Positions 9,802-20,062 of a stretch of DNA of 56,732 bases are shown one piece after another. This stretch comes from Clostridiales bacterium. Its GTDB lineage: Bacteria; Bacillota; Clostridia; Oscillospirales; CAG-272. The notes beneath the pieces were generated by a model. The model saw only the letters and a program-made list of their open reading frames with translations. It was not told where the DNA came from and made no database searches. Where the stretch lies: the NCBI GenBank assembly GCA_016281775.1, contig JAEEJH010000127.1, positions 1 to 56,732 of the forward strand. The letters run 5' to 3'. The position numbers and the translations under genes are program-made. Position 1 is the first letter of the stretch, and every line of letters starts with the position of its first letter.

Positions 9802-11472
9802 ATGGATTATTTGAAATTAGCGGAATTACTGTTCCCTGACGTAAAAGAAACGCCCGAGGATCTCGAGGCGCGTTATCCCGAGAGAACTCTGCCGGAAGGC
9901 GCAAAGGTGACGAGGATCGCTCCCTCGCCGACCGGCTTCTTCCATTTCGGCGGGCTGTTCCCCGCTACCGTGTGCGAGCGTCTGGCTCACCAGTCGGGCG
10001 GCGTGTTCTATCTGAGAATTGAAGACACGGACTCGAAACGCGAGGTGGAAGGCGCGGCGGCGTTCATAACGAAAATACTCGACTACTACGGCATACGCTT
10101 CGACGAAGGCGTGACCGCAGACGGCGACAAAGGCGCCTACGGTCCGTATACGCAGAGTCAGCGCGTTGACATTTACCACGTTTTCGCAAAAAAACTCGTT
10201 CAGGACGGCAGAGCCTACCCGGTCTTTTCGACCGACGAAGAGCTTGACGAGCTGAAAGCTCTCGACAAAAAAGCCGAGATAAAGAGCGTCAACTGGGAAG
10301 AAGACGCGGCGGCGCGGCGCGAGGCGATGATAAAACGCCGCGAATTCACAATGGAGCAGGTCGAAGAAGAACTTGCCGCCGGGCATAAATTCGCGCTGTT
10401 CGCCATAGCCGACGGAGATCCCGAAAAGAAGTTCAAAATCACCGACCTCGTAAAAGGTCCGCTTGAGATACCCGAAAACGACGAGGACGTCGTGCTTCTC
10501 AAATCAGACGGGATACCGACTTATCACTTTGCTCACGCGGTGGACGATCATCTCATGCGCACGACTCACGTCATAAGAGGCGAAGAATGGCTGCCGAGCC
10601 TGCCGAAGCACGTAATGCTGTTCCGTTATCTCGGTTTTAAACTGCCGAAATACATGCACATCGCGCAGCTCATGCGGCTTGACGAGAACGGCAACAAAAA
10701 GAAACTGTCAAAGCGCGATATGGGCGCGAACCTCGACGATTACAGGCGCATGGGCTACTGCCCCGCCGCCGTAAACGAATACGTCATGACTCTGCTCAAT
10801 TCAAACTACGAGGAATGGCACGCCCAGAATCCCGACAAGACTTATCTCGATTTTCCGTTCTCGATAAAGAAAATGAGCGCTTCGGGCTGTCTTTTCGACA
10901 TTGAAAAACTCAACGACGTGTCTAAAAACGTGCTGTCTAAATTCACGGCGGCGGAGATGTTCGACGGCGTATGCGGTTTTGCCGCGACCGAAGACCCGGA
11001 CTTTTACGAAACGCTTACGTCGGACAGAGCGTACGCCGAGAGCATTCTCGCGATAGGCAGAGGCGGCGCGAAGCCGAGAAAAGACTTTGCGACATACGCA
11101 GACGTCAAGCCTTATATGAGCTTCTTCTACGACAAATATTTCAGCCGCGACGACCAGATGCCCGAAGACAAAGACAAAGCCGACGTCAAGGCGGCTCTTG
11201 CGGGATTCATTAAAACGTACGACGAAAACGACGATCAGACCGCGTGGTTTGAAAAACTCAAAGATATCGCAGAGCAGATCGGTTACGCGAGAGAGACGAA
11301 GCTATACAAAAAAGCGCCGGATCAGTATAAAGGCCACGTCGGCGAGGTCGCTTCGTTCATCCGCATCGCGGTGACGGGCAGACAGAATTCGCCCGACCTG
11401 TACGAAGTGATGAAGATCCTCGGCAAAGAAAGAGTGATAAACAGGATCAAAGAAGCCGCGGAGGCGCTTTGA
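9802..11472 (+). CDS. gltX: Glutamate-tRNA ligase
   Basis: TRIAPSPTG, HIGH-like HFGG, LRIEDTD, YGPYTQSQR, KSDGIPTYH, THVIRGEEW, KLSKR. Confidence 0.93.
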   Translation: MDYLKLAELLFPDVKETPEDLEARYPERTLPEGAKVTRIAPSPTGFFHFGGLFPATVCERLAHQSGGVFYLRIEDTDSKREVEGAAAFITKILDYYGIRFDEGVTADGDKGAYGPYTQSQRVDIYHVFAKKLVQDGRAYPVFSTDEELDELKALDKKAEIKSVNWEEDAAARREAMIKRREFTMEQVEEELAAGHKFALFAIADGDPEKKFKITDLVKGPLEIPENDEDVVLLKSDGIPTYHFAHAVDDHLMRTTHVIRGEEWLPSLPKHVMLFRYLGFKLPKYMHIAQLMRLDENGNKKKLSKRDMGANLDDYRRMGYCPAAVNEYVMTLLNSNYEEWHAQNPDKTYLDFPFSIKKMSASGCLFDIEKLNDVSKNVLSKFTAAEMFDGVCGFAATEDPDFYETLTSDRAYAESILAIGRGGAKPRKDFATYADVKPYMSFFYDKYFSRDDQMPEDKDKADVKAALAGFIKTYDENDDQTAWFEKLKDIAEQIGYARETKLYKKAPDQYKGHVGEVASFIRIAVTGRQNSPDLYEVMKILGKERVINRIKEAAEAL

Positions 11473-12092
11473 TGAAGACCGTCGTTCTGATAGGAGACTC
11501 GATACGTCTGTGTTATCAACAGCGCGTCTCCGAACTGCTCGGCGATAACGTCCGCGTGCTCGCTCCGGAAGAAAACTGCCGTTTCACGAAATACGCGCTG
11601 TGGGGCATGTTCAACTGGATGGAGTGCTGGGGCAGCCCAAAACCCGACGTTATTCACTGGAACACGGGTATATGGGACCTTCACCGATGCACCGCGGACG
11701 GCGGCGTGTTCACTCCTCTGCCCGAATATCTCGAATATAACAGACGGCTTGCCGAACAGATGGAAAGCTATTGCAAAAATCTGATCTGGGCGACGATAAC
11801 GCCGGGCGGCCGACAGCTTGACGGGCAGAAAAAGACGAATTACGTAATGAATCAAACCGCGCCGAAAGTGTTTTTATGCGACGAGCAGAGCAAGTGGAAC
11901 GCGGACGTCAAAAGATATAACGACGCGTGTTCGGCGCTGCTCTCGGAGCGCGGGATAAAGATAAACGATCTGTATTCGCTCGTGATCGGCAACACCGACG
12001 AATACATAAGCGAAGACGGAATACATCCGTCAGCGGCGGGAGTCGAGGCCATGGCCGCCCGGACCGCGGCGATCATCAAAACGATGTTATAA
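11469..12092 (+). CDS. SGNH/GDSL hydrolase family protein
   Basis: LIGDSI, NTGIWD, DGIHP; 4-nt overlap with gltX. Confidence 0.85.
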   Translation: MMKTVVLIGDSIRLCYQQRVSELLGDNVRVLAPEENCRFTKYALWGMFNWMECWGSPKPDVIHWNTGIWDLHRCTADGGVFTPLPEYLEYNRRLAEQMESYCKNLIWATITPGGRQLDGQKKTNYVMNQTAPKVFLCDEQSKWNADVKRYNDACSALLSERGIKINDLYSLVIGNTDEYISEDGIHPSAAGVEAMAARTAAIIKTML

Positions 12093-12120
12093 AGAATATA
12101 CTTGAAAGGAATCAAAATAA

Positions 12121-13761
<1,641 letters not shown>

Positions 13762-13763
13762 GG

Positions 13764-13792
13764 TTGACAAAACCGATTTTGCAATGTATAAT
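13764..13792 (+). promoter_or_regulatory. sigmaA promoter
   Basis: TTGACA 13764-13769, 17 nt spacer, TATAAT 13787-13792. Confidence 0.85.
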
Positions 13793-13840
13793 TATTTTGT
13801 AAGTATTCCACAAAAATATCCAGTTCAAAGGAGAAATTTT

Positions 13841-15478
13841 ATGAAAAAGGCTTTATCGGTCATACTTGCCGCGATACTCGCGCTGTCGCTCTTCGCTTTT
13901 ACCGCGTCGGCGGACGAAGAACTGACTGACTGCGCCACGGTCGAAGCTCTTCAGTTCGACAAGACGCCTGAGATAGACGGCACGGTCACGTTATCCGAAT
14001 GGGGCGAACCGTCGGTCGCTCATATCTCTTATCCGGATAACCCTTACGCCGACATCAAGGACGCGTCGATACCCACCGAATACACTCTTTGGTTCCGTTA
14101 TACGTTTGAAGGCCTGTATATCGCCTGCCAGACGCCGGACTCCAGCCCCTGCAATATGAACGTCACCACGAACCAGATCTGGAACGGCGACTGCTTCCAG
14201 CTCCGTCTCGACCCGTGGGGCTGCACGCTCGACCAGGGTCTTGAACCGGGCGCGGCGCGTGACGCGAACTATTCCGAAGATTATCAGGAATTCGCGGTCG
14301 CTTACAGCGACGATGACGGTCTGTGCTACGCTTACTGCTGGCACGGCGTTATGAGCGGTATGGCTCTTCAGAGCGAAGGCGGAGCGTATGCGGCGTCGAA
14401 CGACGGCGAAACTACGACTTACGAATTCTATATCCCCTGGGATGAACTCGTGGACAACGATCCGCACGTAGGCACGAAATACGGCATATCCACCGCGATG
14501 CTCACCGCCACCAAAGGCGAGAACGACAACAAATATCAGAACTGGCTACAGTGGGGCACGGGCGTTATCAACGGCGGCGCTTATGAATTCGGCACGAACC
14601 GTCTCGTACTCACAGACAAGACCGTTTTCGGCGGCGCTTCTCTCACCGACCCGAACCCGTCCGCAATAGTCACCAAAGCTCCGATAGTCGAAGCTGAAGG
14701 CGATTTTGTGCTCGTCGACCTGCACCGTTTCACGAGCCAGCACGAGATGTATATGGAAAAGAACGAAGACGGCAGCGTACTGTTCACGTTTACAGAAAGC
14801 GTCGACCCGTACATATCGCTCCCGATCTCCAGCCAGGTAAAACTGAACGCTGAGGATTATCCGTACTTCGCTTTATATCTGAAAACGAATTACTACGACG
14901 CGAGCGGCGAAATGTTCTTCGTAACGTCAGACAGCGGCATCTCCGGATTCACCGCCGGTTACAGTGTGATGTTCGATTACTGCGAGACCGAGGGCAACCA
15001 GGTCGCCGTGGTCGACTTCACGGATTCTTGGAACTATGCCGGCGCGGTACAGAATCTCCGCTTTGACGTATACGACGGCGGATGCGGCGATTCGGAAGAA
15101 GGCGAGATGACCGTTTATGCGGCGGCGTTCTTCAAAAACTACAACGACGCGCTGAACTTCAAGGTCGAAGGAGTCAACGTCGAACTCGATCCCGAGTATA
15201 TCGAATATGCGAAAGATCTCATGGAAGACGATCCCGGCGCGACCGAAGCGGCGACCGAACCGAAGCCCGCCGAGACAAACAAAGATACCGAAAAAGTGAC
15301 GGAAGCTCCGACTCAGCAGACCGAAGAACAGAAACCCGCCGACACGAACAAAACGACGGATAAGGTACCTTCCAAAAACAATAAGAACACTACGTGGATC
15401 ATATACGTTATAATAGGCGTTGCCGCGGCTGCAGCGGCGGCGGTCGTCATCATAATACTGACGAAGAAAAAGAAATAA
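13841..15478 (+). CDS. Secreted, C-terminally anchored protein with a CBM9/DOMON-like sugar-binding domain
   Basis: Start revised to 13841 (RBS AAGGAG); signal peptide ending ASA; PEIDG..EW, WNGDCFQL, TTYEFYIPW; second beta-rich domain; T/E/K/P linker, TM helix and KKKK tail. Confidence 0.7.
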   Translation: MKKALSVILAAILALSLFAFTASADEELTDCATVEALQFDKTPEIDGTVTLSEWGEPSVAHISYPDNPYADIKDASIPTEYTLWFRYTFEGLYIACQTPDSSPCNMNVTTNQIWNGDCFQLRLDPWGCTLDQGLEPGAARDANYSEDYQEFAVAYSDDDGLCYAYCWHGVMSGMALQSEGGAYAASNDGETTTYEFYIPWDELVDNDPHVGTKYGISTAMLTATKGENDNKYQNWLQWGTGVINGGAYEFGTNRLVLTDKTVFGGASLTDPNPSAIVTKAPIVEAEGDFVLVDLHRFTSQHEMYMEKNEDGSVLFTFTESVDPYISLPISSQVKLNAEDYPYFALYLKTNYYDASGEMFFVTSDSGISGFTAGYSVMFDYCETEGNQVAVVDFTDSWNYAGAVQNLRFDVYDGGCGDSEEGEMTVYAAAFFKNYNDALNFKVEGVNVELDPEYIEYAKDLMEDDPGATEAATEPKPAETNKDTEKVTEAPTQQTEEQKPADTNKTTDKVPSKNNKNTTWIIYVIIGVAAAAAAAVVIIILTKKKK

Positions 15479-15487
15479 TCCAAACTG

Positions 15488-15525
15488 AAAGACCCGGGGC
15501 GGCTATGTGCCGACCCGGGCTTTTT
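15488..15525 (+). terminator. Intrinsic terminator
   Basis: CCCGGG-G-CGGC/GCCG-A-CCCGGG stem followed by CTTTTT. Confidence 0.75.
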
Positions 15526-15546
15526 GTTATGCTTACGTATAAACGC

Positions 15547-15575
15547 TTGACATTTCGCGATACGTATGATAAAAT
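15547..15575 (+). promoter_or_regulatory. sigmaA promoter with extended -10, pointing antisense into the XRE gene and toward the kinase
   Basis: TTGACA 15547-15552, 17 nt spacer, TG-A-TAAAAT 15567-15575. Confidence 0.7.
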
Positions 15576-15594
15576 GGGTTACACGGCCGCAAGC

Positions 15595-16023
15595 TTACTG
15601 AAATATCTCGATATTTCTGTCAAACAGCATACAGTTCAGTTCGATAACGGTCATTTTCTTCGTCATTGCGTATATTACGGCGTTATCTCTGACGTTTTTG
15701 GCGTAAAGAGGCCCGTATCCGGTTATCTTCAAAAGGTCGTTCGCTTCGTCAGGACTGAGTCCGATCGCGATGCACAGCATTATCATTTTATCGCGTGACG
15801 GAGTTTTTATACCCGAAAAGATCTGATATGCGTAATGCTCTTCAATACCGGAACGGGCGATGACTTCGGACTTTTTCAGGCCGGTTTCCGCTATCAGCGT
15901 ATTCAACGCCGTGTGCGGAGCTGCCGCGGCGGAAATATTCTCACCGTTCGCCCGCAGATACTCCTCATAGTCTTTACTGCTTTTCATCAGTTCGATAAGC
16001 TCTTTCGTCGTTTTTTTGCTCAT
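15595..16023 (-). CDS. XRE-family HTH transcriptional regulator
   Basis: KKSEVIARSGIEEHYAYQIFSGIKTPSRD HTH; RBS AAAGG. Confidence 0.8.
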   Translation of the reverse strand: MSKKTTKELIELMKSSKDYEEYLRANGENISAAAAPHTALNTLIAETGLKKSEVIARSGIEEHYAYQIFSGIKTPSRDKMIMLCIAIGLSPDEANDLLKITGYGPLYAKNVRDNAVIYAMTKKMTVIELNCMLFDRNIEIFQ

Positions 16024-16063
16024 AAACGTACCTTTCGTTCAAAGTTTTTCGGAGGTGTTTTAT

Positions 16064-17134
16064 TTGAATAATTCCGATTATCTGAAGATCTACGATTCTC
16101 TTGAAGTGATCAAGAATTTCAACGCCGCGACTCAGCTGTGCATCGATCCGTCGACCGACCGTTTATATACCGTCAAGCGATGCGATATTTCGATGCTGAA
16201 CGTGTTTGAGCCTCTTACGGGCAGGATACTGCCGAACATACCGCCGGTCCGCCACGTTTCGGAAAAGAACGGTTATATCGAGGTAATGTCGGATTACGTA
16301 TCAGGCACGCCTCTCTGCGACGTTTTAACGCAATACGGCAGCATACCCGAAAAGCAGGCGGTTTCGTACGCGTTAGATATCTGCACGGCGCTCGAGTCGC
16401 TGCACGGCATGAATATCATCCATCGCGACGTTAATCCGAACAACGTGGTGATAACGTACGACGGTCACGCGGTGCTCATAGATTACGGCATAGCGCGGGA
16501 ATTCAAAGACGGCAGACCGAAAGACACCGTGATCCTCGGCACTCCCGGTTACGCCGCCCCGGAGCAGTTCGGCTTTGCGCAAAGTGACGCAAAGACCGAT
16601 ATATACGCGCTGGGCGTTCTTTTGAACGTAATGATCACGGGCGCGGGACCTGATATAAAAGTGACGGAAGGATATTACGGACGCGTTGTTGAGCGCTGTA
16701 TATCCATAGACGCCGCGAAGCGGTACGGATCGGCGTCGGCGTTAAAAAAGGCTCTGAAAAAACACGGCGCCGATTTTAAAGAGAAAGCGGAACATTTCTT
16801 TTCACTCGTACCGGGCGTCAGAACGAAAAACCCGTTTCTGATATTCGTTTCGATCGTCGGTCACGCGTTTCTGATCCACTATTTTGCCACAGTTATGAAA
16901 AACAACTTTCAGACGGTCGGCCCGGGGGAACAGGACAACAGTCTGTTCGGTATGATCGGTTACAGCCTGTTTCAGCTTTTTCTTTACGCGTCGTTTTATA
17001 CGTTTGCGTTCAATCCCGCAAACGTCTGGCAATACCTGCCCTTGAAAAATTCCAAGCCGTGGGTACGCAGATTCGTCTTCACACTTATCGCGCTGACTTT
17101 TCTGAGCCTGTTATTCCGTTCCGTGAACGGTTGA
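16064..17134 (+). CDS. Hanks-type Ser/Thr protein kinase with C-terminal TM helices
   Basis: Start revised to TTG 16064 (RBS GGAGGTG); VKR, IIHRDVNPNN, LIDYG, GTPGYAAPEQ, DIYALG; three hydrophobic C-terminal segments. Confidence 0.9.
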   Translation: MNNSDYLKIYDSLEVIKNFNAATQLCIDPSTDRLYTVKRCDISMLNVFEPLTGRILPNIPPVRHVSEKNGYIEVMSDYVSGTPLCDVLTQYGSIPEKQAVSYALDICTALESLHGMNIIHRDVNPNNVVITYDGHAVLIDYGIAREFKDGRPKDTVILGTPGYAAPEQFGFAQSDAKTDIYALGVLLNVMITGAGPDIKVTEGYYGRVVERCISIDAAKRYGSASALKKALKKHGADFKEKAEHFFSLVPGVRTKNPFLIFVSIVGHAFLIHYFATVMKNNFQTVGPGEQDNSLFGMIGYSLFQLFLYASFYTFAFNPANVWQYLPLKNSKPWVRRFVFTLIALTFLSLLFRSVNG

Positions 17135-17173
17135 CGGCTTGCCGATCCGTTTATAATTTTACTCGGATCATAT

Positions 17174-17213
17174 CTTCGCGGTTATGCTGCCGGCATAACC
17201 GCGAAGTTTTTTT
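17174..17213 (+). terminator. Intrinsic terminator after the kinase
   Basis: Perfect 14-bp stem CTTCGCGGTTATGC/GCATAACCGCGAAG followed by T7. Confidence 0.9.
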
Positions 17214-17266
17214 AATCTGTTACGTATTATACCGCGGCCCGGATGAAAAATCAATACGTAATAATC

Positions 17267-17297
17267 AAAAAATTATGCCGTGAGCATAACACGGCAC
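17267..17297 (-). terminator. Probable terminator of the small XRE gene
   Basis: Minus strand GTGCCGTG/CACGGCAT stem followed by AATTTTTT. Confidence 0.55.
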
Positions 17298-17347
17298 GGT
17301 TTTTTTCATATACAATATCCGACAAAGAACGGACGTTGTCTTTCCCG

Positions 17348-17566
17348 TCAGTTTTTCGGATATCTTGTCCTGACGTCAGTCTCGCCGAGCAGGTAGTCGA
17401 CGCTTGTTTTATAGAAACGGGCGAGTTTGATAAGTATGGCGGTAGGTATATCGTTCTCTCCCGTCTCGTATTTTGAGTAACCCGTCTGCGACATATTGAG
17501 CATCTTTGCGACCTGCGTCTGATTTAGATCGCTGTCCACCCGCAGATCCCGTATTCTCTTATACAT
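17348..17566 (-). CDS. Small XRE (HTH_3) transcriptional regulator
   Basis: RIRDLR..LNQTQVAKMLNMSQTGYSKYETG..P..LIKLARFYKTSVDYLLG; RBS GAGGTG. Confidence 0.92.
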   Translation of the reverse strand: MYKRIRDLRVDSDLNQTQVAKMLNMSQTGYSKYETGENDIPTAILIKLARFYKTSVDYLLGETDVRTRYPKN

Positions 17567-17584
17567 TCAGCTCACCTCTTTCTT

Positions 17585-17646
17585 AACTTATAATTATAAG
17601 TTTTTTAAAGATAACTATTGACATTTAACCTGTAACAGGTTATAAT
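17585..17646 (+). promoter_or_regulatory. sigmaA promoter for the zinc-ribbon operon with two palindromic operator candidates
   Basis: TTGACA 17618-17623, 17 nt spacer, TATAAT 17641-17646; perfect palindrome AACTTATAATTATAAGTT 17585-17602; TAACCTG-TAA-CAGGTTA 17626-17642. Confidence 0.8.
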
Positions 17647-17691
17647 ATTGTCGTAAAACCGTTTTTCGGAGATTTCGAACGGAGGGAAGAA

Positions 17692-18441
17692 ATGAAACAT
17701 CATACGCTCTTTTGCTCGCAATGCGGTTCACCTTACACTACCGACGGCACGAGAGAACATGTTTACTGCCCGCAATGCGGTCATAAGAATCCCGGAAAAC
17801 CGCTTTTTGAGAGCGGCAATACCTCCGGAAAGATCCGCGTGATATCCTGCCCGTCGTGCGGCGCGGACGTACTGTTCAAAGACGACAGCGGTACTGCCGT
17901 CTGCGAATACTGCGGTTCGACGCTTATGGAGGACCGGACTGTCATAGTTAACAAATATATCGACGAAACGAAGATAAAAGAGGCCGAAGCGAAAGAGAGA
18001 TTGCGCCTGAAAGAACTTGAACATGAAAAGGAAATGGCGGACCGTATAGAAAAGCAGGATGAAGAAAACGCCCGCCGCTCAAAAAAGCTGGCAAAAGCGG
18101 CGTTATGGTTCGCGGGAGGGTTCGGCTATGCGGCTTTTATCGTATGGGCAATCGCTGAACATAACGGCGAAAGCTATTCTTTTGCAGAGACGATGCTGAT
18201 TTTCCTTGCAGTAATGTCTTTATTATTGGCGTTTTTGAGCGGTACCGCACCTGTCCGAAACAGCAGTCATTCACAAAACCGTTATTCGTTCGGCGAACCG
18301 GGCGAAAGAAAAGAAACGCCTGTTGAAACGCAAAGCGAAAATAAAGGCGGCAAAGATATCGCGGTTGCCGCCGGTAAGATCATCGGCGGAATAGCGGTGA
18401 CTGGGGCAATAGCAGGACTGATCAAAAAACTCCTCAAATGA
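17692..18441 (+). CDS. Double zinc-ribbon membrane protein
   Basis: CSQCG, CPQCG, CPSCG, CEYCG, then a charged coiled coil, two TM helices and a hydrophobic C-terminal helix; RBS GGAGG. Confidence 0.75.
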   Translation: MKHHTLFCSQCGSPYTTDGTREHVYCPQCGHKNPGKPLFESGNTSGKIRVISCPSCGADVLFKDDSGTAVCEYCGSTLMEDRTVIVNKYIDETKIKEAEAKERLRLKELEHEKEMADRIEKQDEENARRSKKLAKAALWFAGGFGYAAFIVWAIAEHNGESYSFAETMLIFLAVMSLLLAFLSGTAPVRNSSHSQNRYSFGEPGERKETPVETQSENKGGKDIAVAAGKIIGGIAVTGAIAGLIKKLLK

Positions 18442-18462
18442 TTTGATCCGGGTGATTTTAAT

Positions 18463-18972
18463 ATGAAATACTGTTCAAAATGCGGCGCCGCTGTCCATAC
18501 CGACAAAGACTCCTTTTTCTGCACCGAATGCGGAGCAAAAAACGGTCCCGGAGCAGCTGCCGAAAAGGCAGAAAAAAGCTCCGAAATGAAATCTGTGGTA
18601 TTCGCTTTTCTTTTGAAAAATCTGAAATACATCGTTCTCGGAGTTGCTCTTACGTTTACGACCGTTTTCTTTCTTATATATGCCAATACCGGACCCGGTA
18701 ATACTTTACAGCCCGACGAGGTAAGGATATCTTTCAGCAGCTATAACGTCATATCCGAAAACTTCGAGGACGTTGTTCTGAGGTTTAAATCCGAAGGATT
18801 CGAGAATATCGAAACGATACCTTTGGGAGATATGGCGAGAAACGAGACTTATTTTTTCGACGAGCACGACGTTGAAAAGGTTTCGGTGAACGGAAAAACG
18901 CGTTTTTCGGAAAAAGACGTTTTCAAAAAAACCGATCCCGTAAGGATATCGTATCATTCGTATAAAGAATAA
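18463..18972 (+). CDS. Zinc-ribbon, single-TM protein with a small extracellular domain
   Basis: CSKCG..CTECG, TM segment, then ENFEDVVLRFKSEGFENIET..VEKVSVNG..VRISYH. Confidence 0.75.
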   Translation: MKYCSKCGAAVHTDKDSFFCTECGAKNGPGAAAEKAEKSSEMKSVVFAFLLKNLKYIVLGVALTFTTVFFLIYANTGPGNTLQPDEVRISFSSYNVISENFEDVVLRFKSEGFENIETIPLGDMARNETYFFDEHDVEKVSVNGKTRFSEKDVFKKTDPVRISYHSYKE

Positions 18973-19004
18973 AATGATTTAAGAACATAATAAAGGAGAA
19001 AAAT

Positions 19005-19925
19005 ATGAAATTCTGTATGAAATGCGGAAAGCAATGCGACGACGGCGACGCTTTCTGCAGAAATTGCGGTCAGCTCTTTCCGAATAGTGAAGCCGAGCCG
19101 CAAGCGTCTCAGACGACATTCACGCCATCCCCGGAACCGGCGCCGGCTACGGTCGCCGCAGTTACACCGAAAAGCTCGTTTTTTTCAGCTGCGGGATCTT
19201 CGAGGTACCTTACGGGCGCTATATTCGCCTCGGTAAGCTTTTTGTTCGGCATACTCAGCATACTGAACGTAAATCGCGTTATCTCCGCGATAATTGACGG
19301 TACGACGTGGTGGGCAAAAGGTTTGAGCGAATGGTTAGGCGCTGGAGACGTATGGTCGTTTATCACGGACAGTCTGAAATCGTTCATTTTCATTATTTAT
19401 CTGATTCCGTACACCCCTATCATCATTCTTCTCGCGGGGATCTGGATAGTATACGGCGGCGGAAAAGCGAAAGCGTCAAAGACTGCCAAGACCGGCACAG
19501 TCATAGTTCTCGTCATAGCCTTCATTTACTACTTGATCAATGAGATCCTGCCCGTACTTCTTATCGTTTCTTCGTTTTTCATGAATTCGACCGAACAGGC
19601 CGACGTTGCGGCGTTATTCAGTATTTCGATCATATGGGCGGTTCTCGTCACCATGATATTCCTGCCGCTAATCATATTGGGATTCAAAATGATAAAAGCG
19701 CTGAGAGACGTCCCCGCCAAATCGTACGGGACAGGTTGGGCAACGGCTTCGCTTATAGTCGTCGGATGTATAGCCTGCCTTGCAGCACTGCCGTTGCTGT
19801 TTTTCGCATGGTTAATGATGTTCTCCGTCATATTCGGCGCTGTTGCGTGCTTTATCTTTGCCGGAGCCGTCAGCGATTACAACAAATCGGTTAAGAACAG
19901 CTCCGTTCTCAGTAACGGTTTATAA
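19005..19925 (+). CDS. Zinc-ribbon polytopic membrane protein
   Basis: CMKCG..CRNCG, P/T-rich linker, about 6 TM helices; RBS AAGGAG. Confidence 0.75.
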   Translation: MKFCMKCGKQCDDGDAFCRNCGQLFPNSEAEPQASQTTFTPSPEPAPATVAAVTPKSSFFSAAGSSRYLTGAIFASVSFLFGILSILNVNRVISAIIDGTTWWAKGLSEWLGAGDVWSFITDSLKSFIFIIYLIPYTPIIILLAGIWIVYGGGKAKASKTAKTGTVIVLVIAFIYYLINEILPVLLIVSSFFMNSTEQADVAALFSISIIWAVLVTMIFLPLIILGFKMIKALRDVPAKSYGTGWATASLIVVGCIACLAALPLLFFAWLMMFSVIFGAVACFIFAGAVSDYNKSVKNSSVLSNGL

Positions 19926-19956
19926 TCCGTTCCGTTATCGGGGACATTACAGAAAC

Positions 19957-20058
19957 AACGCCGGAACAGGTGAGCTCTGTTCCGGCGTTATCGATTGTTA
20001 TACAAATTTTGTTTTTTAGCCCGTTTTGCCGCCGCGACAGTTTTCGGCGGCGTTTTAT
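19957..20058. terminator. Two hairpins between convergent genes
   Basis: 13-bp perfect stem 19957-19969/19977-19989; GCCGCCG/CGGCGGC stem 20028-20051 with T-rich flanks. Confidence 0.65.
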
Positions 20059-20062
20059 TGTC

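Noticed and set aside
17220-17261. TTACGTATT/AATACGTAA inverted repeat between two terminators
   Set aside because: AT-rich 9-bp arms with a 24-nt loop and no functional context; plausibly chance.
15595-19925. Prophage or integrative element, suggested by the XRE genes
   Set aside because: No integrase, att-like repeats, replication or structural genes.
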